Positions 34,586 to 44,081 of a stretch of 64,000 bases of DNA are shown here, piece after piece; within the stretch, counting starts at the first letter, position 1, and every line of letters begins with the position of its first letter. The notes beneath the pieces were generated by a model that did no database searches, was not told where the DNA came from, and was given only the letters and a program-made list of their open reading frames with translations. The stretch comes from Clostridiales bacterium (GTDB lineage: Bacteria; Bacillota; Clostridia; Lachnospirales; Lachnospiraceae), in contig JAJBVE010000120.1 of assembly GCA_020859995.1 (NCBI GenBank), positions 2,121-66,120 of the forward strand, read 5' to 3'. The position numbers were made by a program, and so were the translations under genes.

Positions 34586-34712
34586 GGTGGAAAATGAGGC
34601 ATTGCGGGTTGCGCGTAATGTATTTTTACTTTTTGCTTTAGGAGAAGAGAGAAAATCCTCAAGCCTCTCCGGGGTGTTTTCCGGTGCAAATAGCAGCCAG
34701 ATGATAGAAAAA

Positions 34713-37664
34713 CTAGTGCAGCGATAACCCCTGATCAGCCAGACGGTTCATCAGATCGTCGAGAGAACTGGTTTCTCCCTGTGGGTCAGTAGTCGCGCCG
34801 CCAGAGTGGTCCTCCGCAGAATTATTTCCGTTGATCATTGCAGAATCGTTCTTGCTGTCATCCACGACATCGTTTTTGTCTTTCATATCAATATTGTCTG
34901 CAGTATTTTCTGCATCATTTTCGCCAGTATCATCATCCTTTATATCATTTTTGCCGGTATCGTCATCCTTTATATCATTTTCGCCGGTATCGTCATCCTT
35001 TATATCATTTTCGCCGGTATCGTCATCTTTTACATCATCTTCGCCGGTATCATCATCTTTTGTATCATCTTCGCCGACATCATTCTTTTCTTCTGCACTT
35101 TCACTTCCGCTCTCTGTCAGAAGCCGATCCAGCAGATCCTGATAGATCCCGGTTTCTCCGGTCTCGGATTCCGGAGCTTTTTTGGGGGCTGCTTCGGATT
35201 CTTTTTCCGCCAATGTTTCTGATTTGTGTCCGGAGCAGAGTTTTTCGGGCTGGGTTCCTTCGGCGAAATATTCTATATAGGTGTCTGTGCAGGTTTCTCC
35301 GGCGAGGAGGTGGGTTTCAGTGCAAAGGTTTACTTCGATGATCCCGTCAGGCTGTGCAAAGCTTTCGGCAGGAAGGCTCTGATGGATCCGGTTCATGACG
35401 GCGCTCCAGAGACTGCGGCTGTAGGTATGCCAGAGTGTGCCGTCGGGAAGGGACTGGTTGTTGTCGTAGCCGCCCCAGACGCTGCAGGTGTAATAGGGCG
35501 TGTAGCCGACAAACCAGATATCCTTGTAGCTGGAGGTGGTTCCGGTCTTTCCAGCGACCGGTTGGGAGGCGGCTGAAATGCTGCCGTATGCGGTGCCGTC
35601 TTCGGCAATGACGACATCCTCCATCGCGCTGGTGAGCAAAAAGGCGGTCGTTTCCTGAAAAACGCGTGTGAAGGAAGCGAATGTGGCTGCTTCGTCTGTA
35701 ACAGCGGTACCTGCCGCAGCTGCGATGTCTGTGTCCGCGGAGGCCGAACGCCCGGATGCGTCAAGCAGCACATTTCCATTTCGGTCGAGGATTTTGGTGA
35801 AAAACAGAGGCGTCCCGTACAGGCCCCCGTTTGCGATGGAGGCATAGGCTGCGCAGAGTTCCAGATTGGTGACGCCGTTTGTGATACCGCCGAGGGCGAG
35901 CGGCTGGATGACGTCTGAGGAGCCGTCGTCGGACTCCCAGTCGTCTACGAGTGTTGAGATGCCGAAGTTTTCCGCGTACGTAAATCCGAGTCGGGGAGTG
36001 ATTGCAGTAATGCAGCGGACAGCGACGACGTTGATGGAACGCGTGATGGCTTCACGGATGGTGACGGTGCCAGAATAATCCGTAACGTCCCAGTTGCTCA
36101 CAGCGGTGCCGTCTGTGTATGTGAAAGGTTCGTTTTCATAGAGAGTGGCGAGGGTCTGACCGTCGGCGTCCAGGGCAGGCGCGTAGGCAGTCAGAATTTT
36201 AAAGGTAGATCCGGGCTGCCGGGTGGTATCTGTGGCCCGATTCAGGGTGAGACTGGCTGTTTTTTCGCCTCGCCCACCTACGATGGCGCGGATAAATCCG
36301 GTCTTCTGCTCAATGATGACCAGGGAAGCCTGCGGCTGCGGCGAAAGGGTGAGGCGCTCGGAGATCACACTGTCGGAGCTGTGCTCCGCTGACGTACCTT
36401 CGGCAAGTACATACTCCCGGAACGCATCTGCATACTTCTGGGCTTCGGCCTGTGTCTCACAGAGCAGGTCAAATGATTCGCTGACGTACTCCCGGATATA
36501 AGAGCGCAGCGCGTTGGAACCGTAAACGGTCGTAGAGCCATCCTCCTCCTGAATGGTCAGCGAGTAGTCGATTCCGTATTGCGTGCCTTCCGGAAAATTC
36601 GCGAGATTTTGAAATTCCTCATCGCAGATCTGTTGTATTGCGGTGTCCTGCGCAGAATAGATGCGCAGCCCGCCGCTGTAAAGAGCCTGTGCGGCCTGGT
36701 CATAGGAGTAGTTCAGCTCGGACATCAGCATTTCCGCGACCTGGTCGATCAGGGCGTCCTCATAATAGGTGTAGACGGAATCGGCTTCATAGGATTCGTT
36801 GTATACACTGATGCGCAGATAGACGTCATCCTCCTGCGCAGCCATCCGCTCCTCATGAGAGATGTAGCCCTGTTCTTCCATATAGCGCAGGACCATCCGC
36901 TGCCGCGTCTGGTTGGCTTCGGGATAATCAATCGGATTGTATCCGGACGGATTCTGGGGAATCGCCGCGAGTACGGCTGATTCCGAAAGTGTCAGATCAG
37001 AGACATCTTTGCCAAAATAACGTTGTGCCGCCGCCTCCACGCCATAGCAGCCGGAGCCAAAATTGATTGTATTCAGGTAATCCTCCAGGATTTCTTCTTT
37101 CGTCAGCTGACGCTCCAGCTGGATGGCCAGATACTGCTCCTGGACCTTTCGCGCGAAACGATCCGCGAATGAGCTTTCCTGCGTCCAGTCGGTAAAGACA
37201 CTGTTTTTGATCAGCTGCTGCGTGATTGTACTGGCGCCCTCGGAAAAGGAACCGCTGGTGAGGCCCTTCAGGAAGGCACGCGCGATGCCGCGCGGATCGA
37301 TTCCGTGATGCTCATAAAAACGCGAATCTTCGATCGCGATGATTGCATTTTGCATAGAAACAGGGATCTCCTCCAGGGAGACAATATCCCGGTTTGAGTC
37401 AGAGAGAGAAAGCCTGCGGAGTTCATTTCCGTCCTCATCGCAGATCCAGGTGGCGGAACCGGATGGGGAGACATCTATGGAGTCAATCGAAGGTGCTGTC
37501 ACGATCAGCTGCCAGATGATTAAGATAAACAGGAAGAAACATGCCGCAGCTGCCGCCCCAAGACCGATGCCGATTTTTTTCCAGGGAAGCCTGCCAAACG
37601 CACGTCTAAAAAAACGCCATGTACACTTTTTTTCTGTTATTCGGTTGCTGCCGGATTCCTTCAT
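34713..37664 (-). CDS. Class A penicillin-binding protein (PBP1A family, glycosyltransferase plus transpeptidase) with repetitive acidic C-terminal tail
   Basis: N-terminal TM. GT51 motifs EDSRFYEHHGID and RKVQEQ. Transpeptidase motifs PGSTFK and KTGTT. C-terminal DDTGENDIKD repeats. Confidence 0.9.
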   Translation of the reverse strand: MKESGSNRITEKKCTWRFFRRAFGRLPWKKIGIGLGAAAAACFFLFILIIWQLIVTAPSIDSIDVSPSGSATWICDEDGNELRRLSLSDSNRDIVSLEEIPVSMQNAIIAIEDSRFYEHHGIDPRGIARAFLKGLTSGSFSEGASTITQQLIKNSVFTDWTQESSFADRFARKVQEQYLAIQLERQLTKEEILEDYLNTINFGSGCYGVEAAAQRYFGKDVSDLTLSESAVLAAIPQNPSGYNPIDYPEANQTRQRMVLRYMEEQGYISHEERMAAQEDDVYLRISVYNESYEADSVYTYYEDALIDQVAEMLMSELNYSYDQAAQALYSGGLRIYSAQDTAIQQICDEEFQNLANFPEGTQYGIDYSLTIQEEDGSTTVYGSNALRSYIREYVSESFDLLCETQAEAQKYADAFREYVLAEGTSAEHSSDSVISERLTLSPQPQASLVIIEQKTGFIRAIVGGRGEKTASLTLNRATDTTRQPGSTFKILTAYAPALDADGQTLATLYENEPFTYTDGTAVSNWDVTDYSGTVTIREAITRSINVVAVRCITAITPRLGFTYAENFGISTLVDDWESDDGSSDVIQPLALGGITNGVTNLELCAAYASIANGGLYGTPLFFTKILDRNGNVLLDASGRSASADTDIAAAAGTAVTDEAATFASFTRVFQETTAFLLTSAMEDVVIAEDGTAYGSISAASQPVAGKTGTTSSYKDIWFVGYTPYYTCSVWGGYDNNQSLPDGTLWHTYSRSLWSAVMNRIHQSLPAESFAQPDGIIEVNLCTETHLLAGETCTDTYIEYFAEGTQPEKLCSGHKSETLAEKESEAAPKKAPESETGETGIYQDLLDRLLTESGSESAEEKNDVGEDDTKDDDTGEDDVKDDDTGENDIKDDDTGENDIKDDDTGKNDIKDDDTGENDAENTADNIDMKDKNDVVDDSKNDSAMINGNNSAEDHSGGATTDPQGETSSLDDLMNRLADQGLSLH
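34930..35079 (-). repeat. 30-bp x 5 in-frame tandem repeat in the PBP tail
   Basis: Units tcgtcatcctttatatcattttcgccggta on the plus strand, encoding DDTGENDIKD-like decapeptides on the minus strand. Confidence 0.9.
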
Positions 37665-37879
37665 ATTCTATAAACCCCTTTCTACAACTCTTATATGGTT
37701 GTTCTGCATCGTTGACCCTTGACGCAAGATGCCTTATCCTATGTAGTTTTTTCCATAAAAGGCAGTTACTATACGCAGACAGAGCCGTATTTTGTCTTGT
37801 CCCTGTTCAGGAAACGTGGTAGAATGGAAGCCGCGCAATAAAAGAATAGAAATGGCCGAAGGGAAAGTGAGGTTTTTTT

Positions 37880-39196
37880 ATGTATCGTGCCGTTACCGAG
37901 CAGATGCTTTCTTTTATCAGTGAGTCGCCGACTGCTTTTCATGCGGTAAAAAGCATTTCCAACCGCCTGGATGAAGCGGGATTTCTGCCATTGTTGGAGA
38001 GCTCGCGCTGGAATCTGGAGCATGGGGGCAGCTATTATGTGACGAGAAATGGATCGAGCATCATCGCATTTCGGGTCGGGCTGGACCTGGAGGATTACAG
38101 CTTCATGATTACGGCTTCGCACAGCGACTCGCCGATGTTTAAGCTGAAAGAAAAGTCAGAACTGGATGTCCGGAATAATTATACCCGTCTGGATACAGAA
38201 GGATACGGCGGGATGATCTGTCCGAGCTGGCTGGACCGGCCGCTCTCGGTTGCCGGTAGGGTGCTTCTGGAGACGGCGACCGGCGTGGAAACGCGCCTGG
38301 TCAACGTGGACCGGGATCTTTTGCTGATCCCGAACCTCGCCATTCATATGGACCGGGCGGTAAATGAAGGACATGCTTATAATAAACAGACAGATATGCT
38401 GCCGCTTTTTGCGGGAGAAGCGGGAGAGACAGATGGGATAAAATCTGTCGTAGCTGAGACGCTGCAGGTGGATCTGGAAAAAATACTGGACATGGAGCTT
38501 TTCGTCTACAATCGGACGCGCCCGACGATCTGGGGCGCTTATGAAGAGTTTGTCTCCAGCCCGCGCCTGGATGATCTGCAGTGCGCATATGCTTCGCTGG
38601 AAGGTTTTTTACAGGGAAAAAATGAGAACACGGTTTCTGTCTATGCCTGCTTTGACAATGAAGAGGTGGGTTCCGGCACGAAACAGGGGGCTGCTTCCAC
38701 TTTTCTGGCGGATGTCCTGGGGCGGGTCAATGCCGCTCTGGGAAAATCGCAGGAGGATTATTTCCGCGCGGCGGCATCCGGATTTATGCTCAGCTGTGAC
38801 AACGCACATGCGGTGCATCCGAATTTTGCCGGGAAAACAGACGACATCAATTGTGCATATATGAATAAAGGGATAGTGATTAAATCCAGCGCAAACCAGA
38901 AATATACCAGCGATGGGGCAAGCATTGCTATCTTTAAAAAAATCTGCGAGCAGGCGCGGGTACCTGTGCAGTATTTTTCCAACCGCTCTGATATGGCGGG
39001 TGGGAGCACGCTTGGCAATATTGCGATGACGCACACGCCGATGAACACGATCGATATCGGGCTTGCGCAGCTGGCGATGCACTCTGCTTACGAGACGGCG
39101 GGTGTGAAGGATACCCTGTATCTGATCCGGGCTGCGGAGGAGTTTTACAACAGCCAGATCCGGGAAACCGGTGTGGGGAGATATGAAATTTTGTGA
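37880..39196 (+). CDS. M18 family aminopeptidase
   Basis: 438 aa. ASHSDSPMFKLK, CFDNEEVGSGTKQGA and the GGSTLG region are typical of M18 (aspartyl aminopeptidase-like) enzymes. Confidence 0.85.
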   Translation: MYRAVTEQMLSFISESPTAFHAVKSISNRLDEAGFLPLLESSRWNLEHGGSYYVTRNGSSIIAFRVGLDLEDYSFMITASHSDSPMFKLKEKSELDVRNNYTRLDTEGYGGMICPSWLDRPLSVAGRVLLETATGVETRLVNVDRDLLLIPNLAIHMDRAVNEGHAYNKQTDMLPLFAGEAGETDGIKSVVAETLQVDLEKILDMELFVYNRTRPTIWGAYEEFVSSPRLDDLQCAYASLEGFLQGKNENTVSVYACFDNEEVGSGTKQGAASTFLADVLGRVNAALGKSQEDYFRAAASGFMLSCDNAHAVHPNFAGKTDDINCAYMNKGIVIKSSANQKYTSDGASIAIFKKICEQARVPVQYFSNRSDMAGGSTLGNIAMTHTPMNTIDIGLAQLAMHSAYETAGVKDTLYLIRAAEEFYNSQIRETGVGRYEIL

Positions 39197-39276
39197 CGGA
39201 AGAATCATGTACCGGGGTAGCTGCTTCTGTGCCGGAGTTCATGCCGGAGGAGTCCAAAGAGAGAAAGGATCACGGC

Positions 39277-39345
39277 GGAGCTGTTACGAAATAATATGTG
39301 CAGATTGTGCCGAATAACGTGTGAAGCACCGATCGGCAAAAAAGC
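39277..39345 (+). repeat. Copy of the ~80-bp dispersed intergenic repeat family
   Basis: ggagctgttacgaaataatatgtgcagattgtgccgaataacgtgtgaagcac is a near-exact inverted match to 58086-58140. Confidence 0.8.
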
Positions 39346-39365
39346 TAAGAAAAATGTGGTGAAAT

Positions 39366-40004
39366 ATGAAGATCATCTACAAAGGCGGCGAGGCCGAGAT
39401 TACAGAAAAAAAATCCCGCTTTATCGCGAGTGTACGCCCGGTCGAAAGCGAGGAGGAGGCGCTGGATTTTATTGCCTCCATGAAGAAGCAATACTGGGAT
39501 GCCAGACATAACTGTTTTGCCTATGTCATTGGCGAGCGCCAGCAGCTGCAGCGCTGCAGCGATGACGGGGAGCCGCAGGGGACCGCAGGCAGACCCATGC
39601 TGGAGGTGCTGCTGGGCGCGGATGTGCACAATACCGTGGTGGTTGTGACGCGTTACTTCGGCGGCGTTCTGCTGGGGACGGGCGGTCTGGTGCGCGCCTA
39701 CTCGAAATCCGTGCAGGAGGGACTCAAAAGCTGCACGATTCTCGACAAAAAGGAAGGCATCAGCCTGACCATCGGGACGGATTACACCGGCATTGGGAAA
39801 ATCCAGTATATTCTGGGGCAGAGGAGCTGCCCGATCCTGGATTCTGAATATACGGATGCGGTGCAGCTCCGTGCTCTGATTCCGAAGGAAGAAATTACAA
39901 AGGTAAAAGAAGCAGTGACCGAGGCGACCGCCGGGCGGGCGCTCTTTCCGTCAGAAACGTCGGTCAGCTACGGGTTGCTGGAAGGGGAAGCGATTCTGCT
40001 TTGA
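39366..40004 (+). CDS. yigZ: YigZ / IMPACT family protein
   Basis: KSRFIASVRPV..EEEALDFI, ARHNCFAY, SDDGEPQGTAGRPML, VVVTRYFGGVLLGTGGLVRAY. Confidence 0.8.
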   Translation: MKIIYKGGEAEITEKKSRFIASVRPVESEEEALDFIASMKKQYWDARHNCFAYVIGERQQLQRCSDDGEPQGTAGRPMLEVLLGADVHNTVVVVTRYFGGVLLGTGGLVRAYSKSVQEGLKSCTILDKKEGISLTIGTDYTGIGKIQYILGQRSCPILDSEYTDAVQLRALIPKEEITKVKEAVTEATAGRALFPSETSVSYGLLEGEAILL

Positions 40005-40049
40005 CCTTACCAAATTGCGTGGATTGTGGATAGAAGAGAGGTTCACGGT

Positions 40050-40889
40050 ATGGAAAATAAAGAAGCCAGATGCCGGGCGTCCATCGGCGTGTTTGACTCC
40101 GGCGTCGGAGGACTGACCGTGGCAAGAGAGATTATGAGAAATCTGCCCAGGGAGCATATTGTGTATTTTGGCGATACGGCGCGCGTGCCCTACGGCAGTA
40201 AATCAAAGGATACGATTGTCCGTTACGCGCGGCAGATTATTCATTTTCTGCGGACGCAGGATGTCAAAGCAATCGTCATCGCGTGCAATACGGCGAGCGC
40301 GCTGGCATTGGATACGGTGGAAAAGGAACTGGATATCCCGATTATCGGCGTCATCCGTCCGGGGGCCCGGGTGGCGGTGACTGCCACAAAAAACCGCAGA
40401 ATCGGCGTGATCGGGACGGAAAGCACGATTAACAGCCACATGTACCAGAAGCTGATCTGTGAGGCGGATCCGTCTGTCACGGTTTATGAGAAGGCCTGTC
40501 CGCTTTTCTGCCCGCTGGTGGAGGAAGGCTGGCTGAAGGATCCGGTCACGAAAGAGGTGGCGCGGCGGTATCTGGCGGAGCTGCTGGATAAGGACATCGA
40601 CAGCCTGATCCTGGGCTGCACACATTATCCGCTTCTGCGTTCTCTGATCCGCGAGCTGGTCGGCGATCAGATCACACTTGTGAATCCGGCTTATGAGACC
40701 GCCAGGGAGCTGGGGGAGCTTCTGGAAAAAGAAAACTTAAGCAACCCAGATGAGCCGCCGACCCCGCCGACTGCGGAGCCGTATCGGTTTTTCGTCAGCG
40801 ATATGGCAGAAAAATTCGGACATTTCGCGAATTCGATCCTGCCCTACGACATTGAGACGATACAGAAGATCAACATTGAGGAGTATTGA
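40050..40889 (+). CDS. murI: Glutamate racemase
   Basis: IGVFDSGVGGLTV, VIACNTAS, LGCTHYP. The ATG at 40050 is preferred over the tracked GTG at 40026. Confidence 0.9.
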   Translation: MENKEARCRASIGVFDSGVGGLTVAREIMRNLPREHIVYFGDTARVPYGSKSKDTIVRYARQIIHFLRTQDVKAIVIACNTASALALDTVEKELDIPIIGVIRPGARVAVTATKNRRIGVIGTESTINSHMYQKLICEADPSVTVYEKACPLFCPLVEEGWLKDPVTKEVARRYLAELLDKDIDSLILGCTHYPLLRSLIRELVGDQITLVNPAYETARELGELLEKENLSNPDEPPTPPTAEPYRFFVSDMAEKFGHFANSILPYDIETIQKINIEEY

Positions 40890-41076
40890 CCGGAAAAATG
40901 AGGCATGCGGCCGGATGACAGCTGTACCGTACAGGGCGTGGACGCAGCAGCTAGTGTAAATACTGCTGACCTGAGCGTGGTGTATTGCTGCTATACAGGC
41001 GTGGATGCAGCGGTCGGCATAAACACGGCTGGCCTGTTTAGAAGTCACAGCAGGCGCAAATGATAAGGGGATTTTC

Positions 41077-41547
41077 ATGACAAAAGATGTACTGATCAGC
41101 ATTAAAGGGCTTCACAGTGTAAGAAATTCGGACGCTTCAGAGCCTGGTGAGGACGACGAGGTGGAGATTTTTTCTCCCGGAAAATACTATTTTCGCAATG
41201 GAAAGCATTATGTTGAATACGAGGAGCCGGCCCAGGAGGGAGAAGATGACATGGCGGTAAAGAGTCTTGTCACGCTTCGCGGCCGCCGGCTGGAGGTGAT
41301 CCGCAGAGGGATTCAGGATACGAAAATGGTCTTTGAGGAGAATACGAAAAGTGAGAGCTGGTATATGACACCCGCAGGAGGTGTCCTTGCGGGATTCGAT
41401 GTGCGGCAGATGCAGGTCTCCGTCAGTGACGAGCTGATCGAAATCTCCGTGGATTACGCGCTGGAATTCAACCGTGAGCCGGTCTCAGAGTGCAGTGTCC
41501 GGATCCGCGTCATTGCAAAGGACAGCGGATTGTTTCACCTGACATAG
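41077..41547 (+). CDS. DUF1934-like small beta-barrel protein
   Basis: 156 aa. The pattern VLISIKG...EIFSPGKYYFRNGKHYVEYEE...RRLEVIRRG...MVFEE resembles YwiB/DUF1934 proteins. Confidence 0.55.
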   Translation: MTKDVLISIKGLHSVRNSDASEPGEDDEVEIFSPGKYYFRNGKHYVEYEEPAQEGEDDMAVKSLVTLRGRRLEVIRRGIQDTKMVFEENTKSESWYMTPAGGVLAGFDVRQMQVSVSDELIEISVDYALEFNREPVSECSVRIRVIAKDSGLFHLT

Positions 41548-41663
41548 CCTGTATGGATATTTGGCTTCAGATGCACGCTGTGCCAACTGTCACCGGCGCG
41601 GCAGCTGATATGGCTTGCATGGGTATTTGAATTCCGCAAGTGCGTTCTGAATTGTAAAAATAG

Positions 41664-41716
41664 AAAAACACCGATGCGCAAGGGGAGACTTTCCTGAGAT
41701 TGTGCATCGGTGTTTT
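41664..41716. terminator. Bidirectional terminator between convergent genes
   Basis: 13-bp stem aaaacaccgatgc / gcatcggtgtttt flanked by A- and T-runs. The loop is long, about 26 nt. Confidence 0.5.
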
Positions 41717-41722
41717 AGCTGT

Positions 41723-42247
41723 CTACTTCTTTGCTTTCTTCTGTGTTTTCTGCGACTTAAGCGCTTTTTCTTCCTCGTTCAGCTCCTTTTGCTTTCTATT
41801 AACGAAGGAAGCGAGGCGATCACGCAGCTTAGGCTTTTTATTTACAGGCTTTTCTACGGCACCGCCGCGGACACTCTTGATTTCCATAATATAGATGCCG
41901 CTGACGACTGCCTTTACTTCCCTCTTGACCGGGATCTGGTCGAATATCTTGTTATCCGCGACCAGCGTCATGACACGGGGACCGACTTTGGCTTTCACGA
42001 TCGGAAGCTTGGAGCGGCGCATCATCTTAGGGGTCTGGTCGATCACCATCTGGGGAAGACCGGATTGTTTCAACGGCATGACCTTTTTATCGATAATCAG
42101 CATCGAAACGGCCTGCTTCGCGGCTTCCATCTGTTCCTGCTGCGCGACCTGCTTTTTCTGCATCCGTCTGCCGACGATGTAGAGCACGATCAGCGCCACG
42201 ACCAGTATAATTAAAATAATCAGTAATACTTTGAGAAAGGTTGACAT
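41723..42247 (-). CDS. Hypothetical single-pass membrane protein (174 aa)
   Basis: ATG at 42247 follows RBS ggaggtg. N-terminal TM LKVLLIILIILVVALIVLYIV and a Lys-rich C-terminus. No recognised family. Confidence 0.55.
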   Translation of the reverse strand: MSTFLKVLLIILIILVVALIVLYIVGRRMQKKQVAQQEQMEAAKQAVSMLIIDKKVMPLKQSGLPQMVIDQTPKMMRRSKLPIVKAKVGPRVMTLVADNKIFDQIPVKREVKAVVSGIYIMEIKSVRGGAVEKPVNKKPKLRDRLASFVNRKQKELNEEEKALKSQKTQKKAKK

Positions 42248-42574
42248 AAGCACCTCCGCACGTCCGAGATTTTTGCGCGCCGCAGAAAGAAAACAGGCTT
42301 GTCCGCCTGCGGCTTCGCGATATTTTCTCCATTCTATCATTCTTTGGCAAAAACTGCAATCATTCTTTGAGACATTTTTTGCAGGGCTGTGGGAATAAAG
42401 CAGCTTTCTGGTTAAAAATAGCGTTAAAAATAGCTTACAAAAATAAAAGGTGTTTCCTTGTCTCGGAAAAGGTTCTATGTTAAAATGTTTCAATAAGTAG
42501 AAAGAATGGAAACATTTGGGGAACCTTTAAAGGCTGCTTAACAGATAAATGTCATAGTCGCGGGAGGTGGTACG

Positions 42575-43413
42575 ATGGGAGTTTATTTAAATCCGGGAAA
42601 TCGTGAATTTTATCAGGCTGTGCGGTCGAAAATCTATGTAGACAAGACGATGCTGATTGCACACACAAACAGTGTGCTGGATACGGAACAGAAATATATC
42701 AGTGTCAGCCGACCACGGAGATTTGGGAAATCAATAGCGGTCAATATGCTGGCAGCATATTATGGAAGAGGATGTGACTCGAGAGAATTGTTTTCCAATT
42801 TTAAAATAGCGAAGAGTCCGACCTTTGAGGATCATTTAAACAAATACAATGTAATTCGGATTAATATGCGAAATGCCCTGACTCGAGGGAAAACGGTGGA
42901 AGGGATGATTGCAATTCTGGAGAAAATGATTGCAATGGAGCTTAAAAAAGAGTGCCGGACTGTGGAGTTCTCGGGAATAGATTTCATGTCTTATCTGGAG
43001 GACGCGTTCACGCAGACCGGTATTCCATTTGTATTTATTATTGATGAGTGGGACTGCGTCTTCCGCGTTTTTCCGAGAGATACGAATGAGCAGACCCAAT
43101 ATCTGGATTATCTGCGGTTTTTGCTGAAAGACCAGTCCTACGTGGCGCTTGCTTATATGACTGGAATCCTTCCTATCAAAAATTTTCCATGAATGAAGAA
43201 GAAGTGGCATGCCGGACTCCGGCGCTGGTAATTGAGCTGAAATGGGATCATACCGTGAAGACCGCACTTGATCAGATCCGGGATCAGAACTATGTGGATT
43301 GCCTGAACCACTATCAGGGAGAAATTCTGCTGGTGGGCATCAGTTATAATAAGAAAACGCGAAAAGGCGGGAAAAAGCATTTTTGTAAGATTGAGAAGGT
43401 AGTTAAATGCTGA
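42575..43413 (+). pseudogene. AAA-ATPase-like/PDDEXK_9 gene with large internal deletion and frame change
   Basis: The N-terminal 205 codons (IYVDKTMLI...VSRPRRFGKSI...YVALAYMTGILPIK) stop at 43192. A C-terminal piece in another frame (43189-43413: LVIELKWDHTVKTALDQIRDQNY...LLVGISYNKK) matches the last ~70 aa of the 13798 protein. About 300 middle codons are missing. Confidence 0.7.
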
Positions 43414-44081
43414 CAGTGATATGCGATAATGATGAAGCCTGGCTTGACCAGGCGAGCGAAATCATTCTGACTTTTGGCCGGAAAAATAATATTGACATGG
43501 AGCTGGCGGGTGCCAGGGGCAGCAAAAACCTGACGGTGAAACTGTATAATTATGGCGATGGGAAGAGAGTGAAGATCGTAAAAGGCCATAAGTATACCCT
43601 GATGAGTCCGTCAGTTACATCTTCAAAGGCCAAGTAAAATCTTCTGAAGCTCTGAGGATATTTAATATAGTTTTCCTGAAATTAGTGCTGTAAAAATTCT
43701 CAGGATATGTTATACTGGCTCCATCTGACGCGCCAGGCCGGGCAAAGAGCACCGGATATGCCGCGCAGGAGAGGCCAGTTTTTTTATGTGGGCAGCGCAT
43801 TTTATGCACAGAGCCGGGCAAGGAGTTTTGCAACTAAAGCCGCACCCGAGTCTACGCTTCGCTTCGGTCGGCACAGGGCAGCGCAAGGAGATTTCGGTCG
43901 ATGTCGGATGCAGTTCGAGCGTCGAGCCGGGGGCTGGATAAACTGACTTTTGCACGGCAGGTCACAGGGCCGCATAAAGAATTTCCAGTTTACGCTGGAC
44001 GTGGCCCGGCACAGGCGGATAGGGGTGCAGATACTTGCCTCTATCTGATTCGGAATACAGCGAAAAGGAAGGATACCATTT

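Noticed and set aside
34359-34727. A 122-aa plus-strand ORF overlapping the SRP RNA.
   Set aside because: The region is explained by a conserved ncRNA on the opposite strand, and the ORF has no RBS or recognisable motifs.
43407-43637. A 76-aa ORF (MLTVICDNDEAWLDQ...) considered as a functional response-regulator gene.
   Set aside because: It is far too short for a receiver domain and only the first ~15 residues resemble one. It is likely a gene remnant, and is mentioned under the pseudogene finding.
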